The notes under the pieces were generated by a model. That model was not told the origin of the DNA, searched no databases, and was given only the letters and a program-made list of their open reading frames with translations. From positions 797-64,796 of the forward strand of contig DATDEZ010000102.1 of NCBI GenBank assembly GCA_036522875.1: a stretch of 64,000 nt of DNA, in the 5' to 3' direction. Made by a program: the position numbers and the translations under genes. This DNA is from Gemmatimonadales bacterium (lineage in GTDB: Bacteria; Gemmatimonadota; Gemmatimonadetes; Gemmatimonadales; GWC2-71-9). Each line of letters begins with the position of its first letter. Positions within the stretch are counted from its first letter, which is position 1. This document shows positions 1 to 10,683 of the stretch, one piece after another.

Positions 1-77
1 GCGCTGCGTCGCTCGAATCGCAGCACGTGGCGGAAGCGATTCAGTACCGCAGCCTGGAGCGCCGCGGGGTGGCCTAG
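1..77 (+). CDS. 3' end of a YifB/ComM-family Mg-chelatase-like ATPase gene (partial, begins left of window)
   Basis: Frame 3 reads ...LESQHVAEAIQYRSLERRGVA then TAG at 75-77. The EAIQYRSL tail resembles the conserved C-terminus of YifB/ComM proteins. Only 25 codons are visible. Confidence 0.4.
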   Translation, partial: AASLESQHVAEAIQYRSLERRGVA

Positions 78-2071
78 GCGGGTTCCTGGCCGGTCAACAG
101 GCGATAGGCGCCCTGGATTTGTTTTGGTTGTCCGACGACGACGAGGACGTCGCCCGCCGCCAGGCGGAAGGTGGGCTCCGGCGTCGCGAGGTCGCTCTCG
201 CCGCGCCGCACGGCGAGGATCAGCGCGCCGGTCTTCGAGCGCAGCGCCGTGTCGGCGAGGGTCAGTCCGACGGCGGGCGCATCGGGACTCAGGATGATGC
301 GCTCGATGTGCATCTGCGGCATCGCGCCCAGCGTGCCGGTCAGCGTCAGGCGCGGGCGGTTGCCGGGCCGCAGCGCCTGGTAATGCGACGCGCGGATCTC
401 GCCGATCAGCCGCTCGATCTCGTCGCGTGGCACGTTGTAATGCGCGAGCACGCGCGCAAAGATCTCGATCGACGTCTCGAACTCCTCGGGAATGACGGCG
501 TTGGCGCCGAGACGCGTGAGCTCGGGAATCTCGACCACGTAGCGCGTGCGGGCGACGATGTAGAGCTTGGTGTTCACCTCGCGCGCGACGCGGACCATGC
601 GCCGCGTCGCCGCCGGATCGGAGATCGCGATCACCAGCATGCGGGCGCGCTCGATGCCCAGCGCGCGGAGAATCTCCTCGCGCGTCGCATCGCCGTAAAA
701 CGCCGGCTCCCCCTCCGCGCGGGCCTTTCGCACCGTCTGGGCGTTGAGCTCGATGATCAGATACGGCGCGCTGATGGAGCGCAGCGCGACGGCCAGGTTC
801 CTGCCGTTCAAGCCGTATCCCGCGATGACCACGTGGTCCCTCACCGGATCGGGCACGGGCGCAAAGCCGCGCGGCCGAAAGCCCGGCAAGAGACGGTCGA
901 GCGGGATGATGCGTTCGACACGATCGAGGATCGCCGGGCCCCCGTGCAGCAGGAACGGCGTCAGCAGCATCGTGATGACCGCCACGCCGAGGAACTGCTG
1001 GTACAGCACATCGGGCAGGAGTCCCGCGACGCGACCCTCGCGCGCCAGCACGAAGGAGAACTCGCCGATTTGCGAGACGGCGACGCCCGCGAGCAGCGCC
1101 ACACGGCCCGAATAGCCCATCAGCGCGGGCCCCACTGCGGCCGACAACGTCTTCCCGCCCATGATCACGGCGACGGCGATCACGGTGATCAAGATGTGAC
1201 GGTTGATCGTGTCGAGCTGCACGAGCATCCCGACCGCCACGAAGAACAACGAGATGAAGATGTCGCGGAACGGCATCAGCTCGGCGAGCGCCTGATGGCC
1301 GTAGTCCGACTCCGAGATGATGAGGCCGGCCAGGAACGCGCCGAGCGCGAGCGACGCGCCGGCAGCGGCGGTGCCCAGCGCGGTGAGCGTCCCGATCAGA
1401 ATGACCGCAATGAGAAACAGCTCGCGGCTCCGCGTCTTGAGAATCTCGGCGAGCGCGCGCGGGACAATGGTGCGCGCGGCGATGAGCACGCCGACGACCA
1501 CGAGCGCAGCCTTGGCGAGCGCGAAGGTCAGTCCCACGATGCCGCCCTGCGCTTTTCCCGCGAGGAACGGCAACACGAGCATGATGGGGACCACGCAGAG
1601 GTCCTGAAAGATGAGGACGCCCGTGGCGAGGCGTCCGTGGGGCGCGTCGATCTCGCCCGAGTCGGTCAGGACTTTCAGCACGATGGCGGTGCTCGACAGC
1701 GCGATCAGAAAGCCGAGAAACAGCGCCACGCGCCAGGTCCCCAGAATGGCCAGGCCGGCCGCGAGCGTCGCGAGCACGGTGAATCCCATCTGCGCAAAGC
1801 CGCCCGCCAGAATCTGCCGGCTCATCTCCTTGAGACGGCTCAGCGAAAACTCGATGCCGATCGTGAACAGCAGGAGAATGACGCCGACTTCGGCGAGGCT
1901 TTCGACGTCGTGCGGGTCGGAGACGAAACCCAGCGCGTTGGGGCCGAGCAGGATACCGGCGACGATGAATCCGGGGAGTGCCGGCAGCTTCAGGCGATAG
2001 AAGAGGAGAATGACCAGCAGCGAGCCGGCGAAGATGACGGCGAGGTCCCGGAGGATATGCAGCTGTTCCAC
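74..2071 (-). CDS. CPA2/Kef-type monovalent cation:proton antiporter with C-terminal RCK (TrkA-N, TrkA-C) domains
   Basis: ORF 74..2170. Polytopic exchanger region (LPALPGFIVAGILLGPNALG...) followed by a Rossmann motif (VVIAGYGLNGRNLA) and a TrkA-C-like tail. Start placed at in-frame GTG 2071 (VEQLHILRDLAVIF) to avoid overlapping the divergent MscS gene; GTG 2170 is the longest alternative. Confidence 0.8.
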   Translation of the reverse strand: MEQLHILRDLAVIFAGSLLVILLFYRLKLPALPGFIVAGILLGPNALGFVSDPHDVESLAEVGVILLLFTIGIEFSLSRLKEMSRQILAGGFAQMGFTVLATLAAGLAILGTWRVALFLGFLIALSSTAIVLKVLTDSGEIDAPHGRLATGVLIFQDLCVVPIMLVLPFLAGKAQGGIVGLTFALAKAALVVVGVLIAARTIVPRALAEILKTRSRELFLIAVILIGTLTALGTAAAGASLALGAFLAGLIISESDYGHQALAELMPFRDIFISLFFVAVGMLVQLDTINRHILITVIAVAVIMGGKTLSAAVGPALMGYSGRVALLAGVAVSQIGEFSFVLAREGRVAGLLPDVLYQQFLGVAVITMLLTPFLLHGGPAILDRVERIIPLDRLLPGFRPRGFAPVPDPVRDHVVIAGYGLNGRNLAVALRSISAPYLIIELNAQTVRKARAEGEPAFYGDATREEILRALGIERARMLVIAISDPAATRRMVRVAREVNTKLYIVARTRYVVEIPELTRLGANAVIPEEFETSIEIFARVLAHYNVPRDEIERLIGEIRASHYQALRPGNRPRLTLTGTLGAMPQMHIERIILSPDAPAVGLTLADTALRSKTGALILAVRRGESDLATPEPTFRLAAGDVLVVVGQPKQIQGAYRLLTGQEPA

Positions 2072-2110
2072 GGTGGCCGAAAAATAGGGGGACTCGTACC
2101 TTTGGCCACC

Positions 2111-3031
2111 GTGAGCGTCACTGACTGGCTGCAAGATCGCATCGGGCTGAGTCCGGCGGTGCAGATGCACCTGCTGGTCACGGTCATCGTGATCGCGGTG
2201 CTGTGGGCACTCGAGCGGATCGTCCTGGCGGTCGTCTACCGGCGCGTCACCGATCCGTGGTCGCGGTATCGCTGGCGCAAGACGATCACGTATCTCACGC
2301 TCGCGATCGGCGTGCTCGTCATCGGCCGCGAGTGGCTGGAAGGGTTCAAGTCACTCGCCACGTTCCTCGGTCTCGTGTCCGCGGGCGTGGCGATCGCGCT
2401 CAAGGATCCGCTGACCAACCTCGCGGCGTGGGCGTTCATCGTGTGGCGCCGGCCGTTCGACGTCGGCGACCGCGTCGAGATCGCCAAGCACCGCGGCGAC
2501 GTCATCGACATCCATCTGTTTCAGTTCACGCTCAACGAAATCGGCGTTTGGGTGGACGCGGACCAGAGCACCGGACGGATCATCCACATCCCGAACCAGC
2601 TGGTATTCACCGAGCCCGTCGCCAACTACGACAAGGGCTTCAAGTACATCTGGAACGAAGTCCCGGTGCTGGTCACCTACGAGAGCAACTGGCAGAAGGC
2701 CAAGCAGGTCCTGACGAAGATCGCGTTCAAGCACGCGGAGCACCTGACGGAGGAGGCGGAGCGCGATCTCCTGGCCGCCTCACAGCAGTTCCTGATCAAT
2801 TACCGCAAGCTGACGCCGATCGTCTACACGAGCGCGGCGGCGTCGGGGATTCTCCTGACGATTCGCTACCTCATCGAGCCGCGGCGTCGCCGCGGCACCG
2901 TGTCCGCGATCTGGGACGATATCCTGATCGAATTCGGGAAGGAAAAGGACATCGACCTCGCCTACCACACCGTCCGCTCGTTCAGCAATCCGATCGAAGG
3001 CAAGATCGTCGGTACCCCCGACGACGCCTAA
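2111..3031 (+). CDS. Small-conductance mechanosensitive channel (MscS family)
   Basis: C-terminal 306 codons of ORF 119..3031. Three TM helices, then the MscS beta-domain signature ([21 protein letters not shown]...[11 protein letters not shown]...[13 protein letters not shown]). Start is GTG 2111 or ATG 2165. Everything upstream is antisense to the antiporter. Confidence 0.8.
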   Translation: MSVTDWLQDRIGLSPAVQMHLLVTVIVIAVLWALERIVLAVVYRRVTDPWSRYRWRKTITYLTLAIGVLVIGREWLEGFKSLATFLGLVSAGVAIALKDPLTNLAAWAFIVWRRPFDVGDRVEIAKHRGDVIDIHLFQFTLNEIGVWVDADQSTGRIIHIPNQLVFTEPVANYDKGFKYIWNEVPVLVTYESNWQKAKQVLTKIAFKHAEHLTEEAERDLLAASQQFLINYRKLTPIVYTSAAASGILLTIRYLIEPRRRRGTVSAIWDDILIEFGKEKDIDLAYHTVRSFSNPIEGKIVGTPDDA

Positions 3032-4479
3032 CGCAGCGCCGCGCCGGTTTCCGCGACCGCGCGCACCAGCAGATCGAAATCTTCCCGCCGGCTGCGGTGG
3101 TTCGTGATCGCCACGCGAATCGCGAACCTGCCGCCGAGCGTCGTCTGCGAGGGGATGGCCAGGCCGCTCTCCTGAATGCGCAGCAGGATCTCCATGTTCA
3201 GGGCGTTCAGCGCCTCGTCCGACGCACCGGGGACGACGTAGCGGAAACACACCACGTTGATCGGCACGGGCGCGAGCAGCTCGAGCCGGGGGTGCTTCGT
3301 CACGAGTCCCGCCAGATAATGTGCCTGCTGGACGTTCTGATGGATCAGCTTCGCGAACGCATCGACGCCATGCGTCTTGAACGACATCCACACCTTCAGC
3401 GCCCGGAATCCGCGAGAAAGCTGCACGCCGCGCTCGGCGAACGGAAATCCGCCCGCCGCGATGCCGCGATCGAATGACGCGAGATAGGCGGGCGTCACGT
3501 TGAACGTGGCGCGGTGCGCCTGCTGGTCGCGGACGAGGGTGCAGCCGCACTCATAGGGCATGTACAGCCACTTGTGCAGATCGAACGCCAGGGAGTCGGC
3601 CTGGTCGAGTCCGGCGACGAGGTGACGGAGCTCGGGGACCAGCGCGACCAGCGCGCCGAAGGCGCCGTCCACGTGGAACCAGAGCCCTTCCTCGCGGCAA
3701 ATCGCCGCGAGCGCGGGAAGGTCGTCGGTCGCGCCGGTATTGACAGTGCCGGCGTTGCCCACGATGCAGATCGGCCGCCGTCCCGCGGCCTTGTCGGCGG
3801 CGATCGCCGCCCGCAGGGCGTTCAGGTCGATCGCGTAGTCGGCGGTGACCGGAACGCTGCGTAAGGCGTCATGGCCGAGGCCAAGGAGCTCGACCGCTTT
3901 GCGGACCGACGAATGGGTTTCGGTGGACGCATACACGGTGAGGCTCGGTGTGCCGGTCTGGAGGCCGCGCTCGCGCACGTCGAATCCCGCCCGCGCGTTC
4001 CGCGCGACCGCGAGACCGACGAAGTTCGCCATCGAGCCGCCGGAGACGAGCAGCCCGTGCGTTCCGGTCGGCAGGCCCAGCAGCTCCACGAGCCATGCGA
4101 TGACCTGGTTCTCCACGACCGCGGGCGCATCGTCGAACTCGGCCACCTGCGGATTCATGCCGGATGCCAGCATGTCGGCGAGCATCGCGTCGGGTGTTCC
4201 CGTCCCGATCACCCAGCCCCAAAACCGCGGATGGATGTTGCCGGTGGGGTAGGGCAGCACGTCCCGCTTGAAGTCTTCGTAGACGTCGGCAAGCGGCGTT
4301 GCGGTGCGCGGCGCCGGACCGGAGAGACGCGTCCGCACGTCCGGCGGCACGGGTCGCCACACGGGACGTTCGCGCGCCGTGCGCAGAAACTCGAGCATGT
4401 CATCGACCATGCGGTGGCCGATCTTGCGCAGCTCGTCCCAGCCGCGGGCGTCCCGCGGGTCGAGGCTACGCTCCTCCAA
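3028..4479 (-). CDS. PLP-dependent group II (aromatic-L-amino-acid/DDC-type) decarboxylase
   Basis: Motifs [22 protein letters not shown] and the PLP-lysine box [13 protein letters not shown]. Start set at TTG 4479-4477, overlapping the upstream stop (GTTGGAGGAGCGTAG). The ORF extension up to 4752 overlaps the ABM gene. Confidence 0.8.
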   Translation of the reverse strand: MEERSLDPRDARGWDELRKIGHRMVDDMLEFLRTARERPVWRPVPPDVRTRLSGPAPRTATPLADVYEDFKRDVLPYPTGNIHPRFWGWVIGTGTPDAMLADMLASGMNPQVAEFDDAPAVVENQVIAWLVELLGLPTGTHGLLVSGGSMANFVGLAVARNARAGFDVRERGLQTGTPSLTVYASTETHSSVRKAVELLGLGHDALRSVPVTADYAIDLNALRAAIAADKAAGRRPICIVGNAGTVNTGATDDLPALAAICREEGLWFHVDGAFGALVALVPELRHLVAGLDQADSLAFDLHKWLYMPYECGCTLVRDQQAHRATFNVTPAYLASFDRGIAAGGFPFAERGVQLSRGFRALKVWMSFKTHGVDAFAKLIHQNVQQAHYLAGLVTKHPRLELLAPVPINVVCFRYVVPGASDEALNALNMEILLRIQESGLAIPSQTTLGGRFAIRVAITNHRSRREDFDLLVRAVAETGAALR

Positions 4480-4813
4480 CGACTTCGAAGTGTTCGACGA
4501 ACGGCTCGAGCTCGACGAGGAATTCGCGGTCTTCCGGGAAGTAGCGGGCTTTCTCATAGTCCTCTCCGGCGAAGCGCCGGATCGCGTCGAAGGATTCCCA
4601 CAACGAGACGAACGTGAATTGGGCGCGGTCGTGCTGGATGCGGCGCAGCACGTACACGCCGCGATTGCCCGGCGTCGCCCGGCATTCACGGACGCCGGTC
4701 TGGTCGAGATACGCGGTGTATTCGTCGGCGCGGTGCGTCGGCGTGACGCCATGCCAGACGCGCGCGATCAGCCGCGCCTTAGAGCCGGTCGAGCTTGGCG
4801 ACGGTGCGCTCAT
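4466..4813 (-). CDS. Small ABM-like (antibiotic biosynthesis monooxygenase/Dabb fold) protein
   Basis: [27 protein letters not shown]...[34 protein letters not shown] is typical of ABM-domain proteins. ATG 4813 is the first canonical start and overlaps the cupin 3' end by 35 nt. Confidence 0.55.
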   Translation of the reverse strand: MSAPSPSSTGSKARLIARVWHGVTPTHRADEYTAYLDQTGVRECRATPGNRGVYVLRRIQHDRAQFTFVSLWESFDAIRRFAGEDYEKARYFPEDREFLVELEPFVEHFEVVGGA

Positions 4814-5150
4814 TGCGGACGTTTCCCGTATTGAGGGTCGAATTCGGCTCGAACAGCAGCACGTGGGTCTCTTCGTCGGCGACGGGGAGATGCTCGACGC
4901 CGTGCGGAATGATGATGAATTCACCGGGGTCGACCACCAGCTCGGATGGCGAGCCACGGAGCTTCATGCGCAGCCGGCCTTTCACCACGAGGAAAAGCTC
5001 GTCCTCGGTCTCGTGGTGATGCCACACGAACTCGCCCTGGAGTTTCGTGAGTTTCACGTGACAATCGTTCACTGCGCCGACGACTTTCGGACTCCACTGG
5101 TCCTGAAAGCGGGCGAACATTTCCGCGAGATTGACCTTGCGCACGGTCAC
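4779..5150 (-). CDS. Cupin-domain protein
   Basis: Cupin motifs GEFVWHHHETEDELFLVVKG and GEFIIIPHGVEH. GTG 5150-5148 overlaps the TGA of the isochorismatase gene (GTGA). Confidence 0.7.
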   Translation of the reverse strand: MTVRKVNLAEMFARFQDQWSPKVVGAVNDCHVKLTKLQGEFVWHHHETEDELFLVVKGRLRMKLRGSPSELVVDPGEFIIIPHGVEHLPVADEETHVLLFEPNSTLNTGNVRNERTVAKLDRL

Positions 5151-5716
5151 GAGGCGCGCTCCAGCAGCGTGTGGGTGTCGATCACCGTCGCGAACTCGCC
5201 GTGCAGATCCGCCAACGCGACGTCGTGCAGCAGCTCCGAGGGATACCGCGTTCCATTGGGGCCCGTGTTGTCGAACGTCGCCGTGGCGTCGGACACGACG
5301 TACGTCGTGAAGCCGAGGTTGCCCGCCATCCGCGCAGTCGTGGAGACGCACATGTTCGTCTGCAGTCCGACCAGGACGAGCGTCGTCAGGCCGCGCCGCC
5401 GCAGGTCGGCCTCGAGCGACGTGCCGATGAACGCGCTGTTGACCGATTTCTGGACGACCGGCTCACCTGCGATTGGCCGCACTTCATCCTTGATCTCGAC
5501 GCCCGGTTGCCCCGGTCGCAGCGGCGATTGCGGCTCGCGCGACAAATGCTGAACGTGGATGATCGGTCGCCCCGATTTGCGCCACGCCGCCTGCAGCCGC
5601 GCGATGTTCTGCTCGAGCGCGGGATTGTTGCGGTTGAAGCGCTCGGCATAGACGTCCATGCCTTTCTGGACGTCGATGATGAGCAGCACGGCATCGTTCG
5701 GGAGCGCCGTCATCAC
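5147..5716 (-). CDS. Isochorismatase-family cysteine hydrolase
   Basis: AVLLIIDVQKG..., SAFIGTSLEADLRRRGLTTLVLVGLQTNMCVSTTAR (catalytic Cys context). The start overlaps the EamA stop. Confidence 0.8.
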   Translation of the reverse strand: MMTALPNDAVLLIIDVQKGMDVYAERFNRNNPALEQNIARLQAAWRKSGRPIIHVQHLSREPQSPLRPGQPGVEIKDEVRPIAGEPVVQKSVNSAFIGTSLEADLRRRGLTTLVLVGLQTNMCVSTTARMAGNLGFTTYVVSDATATFDNTGPNGTRYPSELLHDVALADLHGEFATVIDTHTLLERAS

Positions 5717-6666
5717 GAGATCTCCGGTTCAGGTTGAACGGTCGGAGGCCCGGACGGGCCGCCGGCGGGGGCCGGACGCCTCACGCGGTGGGAGAACTGG
5801 ATCCAGATCACCGCGACCAGAATCATGCTCATCGCCACGAACGTGCGGGCGTGTACCGGCTCATGCAGCAGCAGCCAGCCGAGCACGACGGCGATGACGG
5901 GATTCACGTACGCGTACGTCCCGACGATCGTCGCTGACGCATGCCGCAGCGCGTAGGAGTACGCGCTGTAGCCGATGACCGATCCGAAAACCACGAGATA
6001 GGCAATGGCGCCGATGCCGCGCGTGCTGAGATGCCAGGCCGGCCACTCGCCGAGCACCGTGCCGACCAGGGCCACGAGGGTGCCACCCATGATCATCTGA
6101 ATCGCGGCCCCCATGTAGGGGCTCACCTTGGTCGGGTGACGTTTGGCGTAGACCGTTCCGAGCGACCAGGACGCGCTCGCCAGCGTGAGCGCGAGCGGGC
6201 CGCGCTTGTCGGCGGCGAGAATCTCCGCCGGCGTCGCACCGACGAGCAGCAATGTGCCGAGAAAGCCGAGCAGCAGGCCCGCGACGATGCGCCAGCTGAG
6301 ATCGCCGGTCCCGCCGGGAATCACCGCGTCGAAGAGCGCGGTCCACATGGCGACCGTGACGACGAAGATGCTCGCAATCCCTGAGCCGATGAACTGCTCC
6401 GACCAGACGACGAACGCGTTGCCGCCGGCGAGCAGCAACACGCCGACGATCGCGAGCGTGCGCCAGTCACGGCCCTCCCGCGGGAACGGGTCGCCGAACG
6501 CGCGCGCGATCGCGAGCAACACGACACCGCCGGTCAGGAACCGCAGGCCGGCGAACAGGAACGGCGGCAGCTCCGTGACGCCGACTTTGATGGCGAGGTA
6601 CGTCGAGCCCCAGAGGACGCAGACGAGCAGATAGGCGACGAGCGCCTTGCCCTTGAGGGCGGCCAT
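5713..6666 (-). CDS. EamA/DMT-superfamily transporter (10 TM)
   Basis: Two EamA repeats (LLVCVLWGSTYLAIKVG..., ...YAYVNPVIAVVLGWLLLHEP). ATG 6666 shares one nt with the Lrp stop (TGATG). The ORF extension to 6822 overlaps the Lrp gene. Confidence 0.8.
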   Translation of the reverse strand: MAALKGKALVAYLLVCVLWGSTYLAIKVGVTELPPFLFAGLRFLTGGVVLLAIARAFGDPFPREGRDWRTLAIVGVLLLAGGNAFVVWSEQFIGSGIASIFVVTVAMWTALFDAVIPGGTGDLSWRIVAGLLLGFLGTLLLVGATPAEILAADKRGPLALTLASASWSLGTVYAKRHPTKVSPYMGAAIQMIMGGTLVALVGTVLGEWPAWHLSTRGIGAIAYLVVFGSVIGYSAYSYALRHASATIVGTYAYVNPVIAVVLGWLLLHEPVHARTFVAMSMILVAVIWIQFSHRVRRPAPAGGPSGPPTVQPEPEIS

Positions 6667-7145
6667 CAGTCGGGCTCCGAGGGAATGAAGCCCGCCTTCT
6701 CGAAGAGCGTCGAGAGCACGATCGTGGTGCGCGTATTCATTTGCGAATTCGGGCCGCGCAAGTCGCGCAGGATTTCCTGCACGCCCTCGAGATCGGGCGC
6801 GACGACTTTCAGGATATAGCAATCATCGCCGGCGATGTGATGGCACTCGAGCACGCCGGGATGCTTCTCCATCTCGCGCATCCGGGGCTCGTCACCGACG
6901 TAGTCGCTCGACCCATAGCGCACCGCCACGAATGCGGTCACGGGGAAGCCGACCTTCGCGCGATCGAGCTGGACACGATAGCCGCGAATGTATCCCGCCT
7001 CTTCGAGCCGCTTGACCCGCTCCATGATGGCCGGCCGAGAGAGGCCCACTTCGTCCGCGACCGCCTGGTAGCTCGCGCGACCGTCCTGGGCGAGGATGCG
7101 GAGGATGCGGCGATCAGTGGTGTCGAGCTCGGTCTTCGCGGACAT
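6666..7145 (-). CDS. Lrp/AsnC-family transcriptional regulator
   Basis: N-terminal HTH (LDTTDRRILRILAQDGRASYQAVADEVGLSRPAIMERVKRLEEAGYI) plus an RAM/ACT-like ligand domain. GGGAGG Shine-Dalgarno 9 nt upstream. Confidence 0.85.
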   Translation of the reverse strand: MSAKTELDTTDRRILRILAQDGRASYQAVADEVGLSRPAIMERVKRLEEAGYIRGYRVQLDRAKVGFPVTAFVAVRYGSSDYVGDEPRMREMEKHPGVLECHHIAGDDCYILKVVAPDLEGVQEILRDLRGPNSQMNTRTTIVLSTLFEKAGFIPSEPD

Positions 7146-7236
7146 TTGGAAGGCCTCCCGGTTTGGTTCTCAACGCTTCGTAAGTCTAATCAGGTTCCCC
7201 CCTACGGAATATCCAGTTTTGGCAAACAAAGTGTCC

Positions 7237-7265
7237 TTGGTTTGGGGCAAGCCGGGGGGTACTAT
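7237..7265 (+). promoter_or_regulatory. Candidate sigma-70-type promoter for larE (TTGGTT-17 nt-TACTAT), possibly giving a leaderless mRNA
   Basis: The hexamers are read directly. The -10 element ends 8 nt before ATG 7274 and there is no Shine-Dalgarno in between. Promoter consensus for this lineage is unknown to me. Confidence 0.25.
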
Positions 7266-7273
7266 TCGGGCGC

Positions 7274-8065
7274 ATGCAAGCCCTCAGAAGCCTGATTCGC
7301 ACCTTTCCCTCTGTCTTGCTGGGCTATTCCGGTGGTGTCGATTCCGCGCTCCTCGCCGTCGTGTTGCGGCAGGAGCTCGGAAAGGGTGGGGTGCTCGCCG
7401 CGATCGGCCGCAGCGCCTCGTATCCGGACGCCCAGTGGCAGACGGCACGGGACGTGGCGACGCGATTCGATATCCCCCTGATCGAGATTCACACGCACGA
7501 GCTCGAAGACCCCAGCTATCTCGCCAATCCGACCAACCGCTGCTTCTACTGCAAGACCGAGCTCTGGAACCGGCTCGTCCCCCTCGCGGCGGAGCGTGGC
7601 CTCGCTGTCGTTTGCGATGGAACGAACGCCGACGATTTACGCGAGCACCGGCCCGGAAAGGCCGCGGGCCTGCGCGCCGGCGTGCGCTCCCCCTTGGCCG
7701 AAGCCGGAATGACGAAGGCCGAGATCCGGGCAGCCTCACGTGAGCTGGGTCTGCCCACGTGGGATGCGCCGGCCGCTCCCTGTCTCTCGAGCCGGGTGCA
7801 ATACGGCCTGACGATCACGCCGTCGCGCTTGAAACAGGTCGAGCAGGGCGAAGCGTATCTGCGCTCCCTGGGCGTCACGGGCGACTTGCGGGTCAGGCAT
7901 CTCGGCGATCGGGCGCGGCTCGAGGTCGAGCCAGCCTGGATTCCCTGGCTCGAGGAGCGACGCGCGACGATCAGCGAATATCTCGGCTCGCTCGGGTTCG
8001 GCGACGTGGAAATCGATCCACGGGGCTATCGCAGGGGGAGCCTGTTAGAGCATTCGTCGCGTTGA
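7274..8065 (+). CDS. larE: LarE-family PP-loop ATP pyrophosphatase (ATP-dependent sulfur transferase family, TIGR00268-like)
   Basis: PP-loop SGGVDS near the N-terminus, NRCFYCK motif, PCLSSRV (the LarE sacrificial-Cys region), C-terminal DPRGYRRGS. Confidence 0.75.
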   Translation: MQALRSLIRTFPSVLLGYSGGVDSALLAVVLRQELGKGGVLAAIGRSASYPDAQWQTARDVATRFDIPLIEIHTHELEDPSYLANPTNRCFYCKTELWNRLVPLAAERGLAVVCDGTNADDLREHRPGKAAGLRAGVRSPLAEAGMTKAEIRAASRELGLPTWDAPAAPCLSSRVQYGLTITPSRLKQVEQGEAYLRSLGVTGDLRVRHLGDRARLEVEPAWIPWLEERRATISEYLGSLGFGDVEIDPRGYRRGSLLEHSSR

Positions 8066-8616
8066 ATTTTCCAGCGGCGGTGCGCCACGAGCTGTGGGAG
8101 GCGCTGGCGCCGCTGCGCAAACGTCGTGAGCAGCTACCGGTGAAGTGGGTCCGGCCCGAAAACATTCATCTCAGTCTCAAGTTTCTCGGCGACGTGGACG
8201 AGCAGCGTGAGCCCGAGCTCGCGCGCGCGCTGCAACAGGCCGCCGGAAGGGGCGCGTCCCCCCGTCCGCTGGCGCTCGAAATTGCGGGCTTCGGCGTTTT
8301 TCCCGATTATCATCGGCCGAGCGTTCTCTGGGCCGGCGTGACGGCCGAACCGGCGCTCGAGTTGCTGCAGCACGCCGTCGAGCAGGCGTTCGCCCCGCTC
8401 GGTTTTCCGACTGAAGCCCGCGCGTTCCGGCCGCACGTCACGGTAGGACGCGCGACTCGGGACGCCCGTCCGCGGGACTTCGCAGGGCTCGAGGAAATTC
8501 TCGGCGGCACGGCGTTCGCTGAGACTGTGACGATCGCCGACGTTGATCTCATGCAGAGTACGCTCCAGAAGGATGGCCCGGTGTATCAGGTCAAATACCA
8601 TGAACGGCTGTCTTAA
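8062..8616 (+). CDS. thpR: RNA 2',3'-cyclic phosphodiesterase ThpR/LigT (2H phosphoesterase)
   Basis: Two HxT/S motifs (HLSLKF, HVTVGR). The first canonical start is TTG 8062, overlapping the larE TGA. However, the conserved first strand VRAFVALNFP begins at 8044, where no canonical start exists (see findings). Confidence 0.7.
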   Translation: MNFPAAVRHELWEALAPLRKRREQLPVKWVRPENIHLSLKFLGDVDEQREPELARALQQAAGRGASPRPLALEIAGFGVFPDYHRPSVLWAGVTAEPALELLQHAVEQAFAPLGFPTEARAFRPHVTVGRATRDARPRDFAGLEEILGGTAFAETVTIADVDLMQSTLQKDGPVYQVKYHERLS

Positions 8617-9258
8617 AGGCGTTTTCCGGCTCGGCTGCGCGCTCGTCGTCGTGTGCGTGCTCGCGCTGGCGTGGTGGTTCCGCGGGCCGATCATGGCGCA
8701 GGTCGCGCACTGGTTCGGGCGCTCGACCGCACTGCCGCCGGTCGCCGACACGGCGGTCGGTGCGCCGACGCCCGCGGCCACGGCGTCCGGGAAGGCCAAG
8801 GTGGGGAATCTCCGGACGACGGCCGGGCCCGATTCCGTCGTGTTGACGCCCAACGAGATGGCCTCGCTGATCGGCGCCGGGATCGACTGGAACGTGCGGA
8901 AGATGTACGACTCGCTGCGTGTGGAGCTCCAGGAAGGCACGCTGATCCTGCATGCGCGGCTCGACACACGCGCGCTGCCGCCGGGGACCCTCGGGCCTTT
9001 CGCCGGAATGTTCGGCGAGCACGAGCCGCTGCGCATGGCCGGCACCGTGTCCATCGGACGGCCGGGCACGGCGCTATACGACATCACCCAGATCACGCTG
9101 CGAGGGATCGAAATCCCCGGCCCGCTCGTCAAACAGCTCACGAAGCAGATGGCCGGCGCGTCGTCCAACGGGGCCGTGCCGGTCAAAGTGGACCCGGCGG
9201 TGACCGACGTGAAGGTCCATACCACGGGCGTCGTGCTCTACAAGCGCCGGCGATCGCC

Positions 9259-9262
<4 letters not shown>
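8600..9262 (+). CDS. Hypothetical N-terminally membrane-anchored protein
   Basis: ATG 8600 (MNGCLKGVFRLGCALVVVCVLALAWWF), one TM, then a roughly 180-aa extracytoplasmic domain with no motif I recognise. The stop overlaps the next start (ATGA at 9259). Confidence 0.5.

Positions 9263-10672
<1,410 letters not shown>

Positions 10673-10683
<11 letters not shown>

Noticed and set aside
119-2110. N-terminal 660 or so codons of the 970-aa plus-strand ORF 119..3031
   Set aside because: It is entirely antisense to the well-supported Kef-type antiporter. The translation is R/D/E/G/A-rich low complexity with no motifs. This is a typical GC-rich shadow ORF, and only the C-terminal MscS part (from 2111) is credible.
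7220-7234. Sigma-54 -24/-12-like sequence TGGCAAACAAAGTGT upstream of larE
   Set aside because: GG is present at -24, but the -12 element reads GT instead of GC and the TTGC context is missing. The match is too weak to call, although a sigma-54 activator lies in the same gene string.
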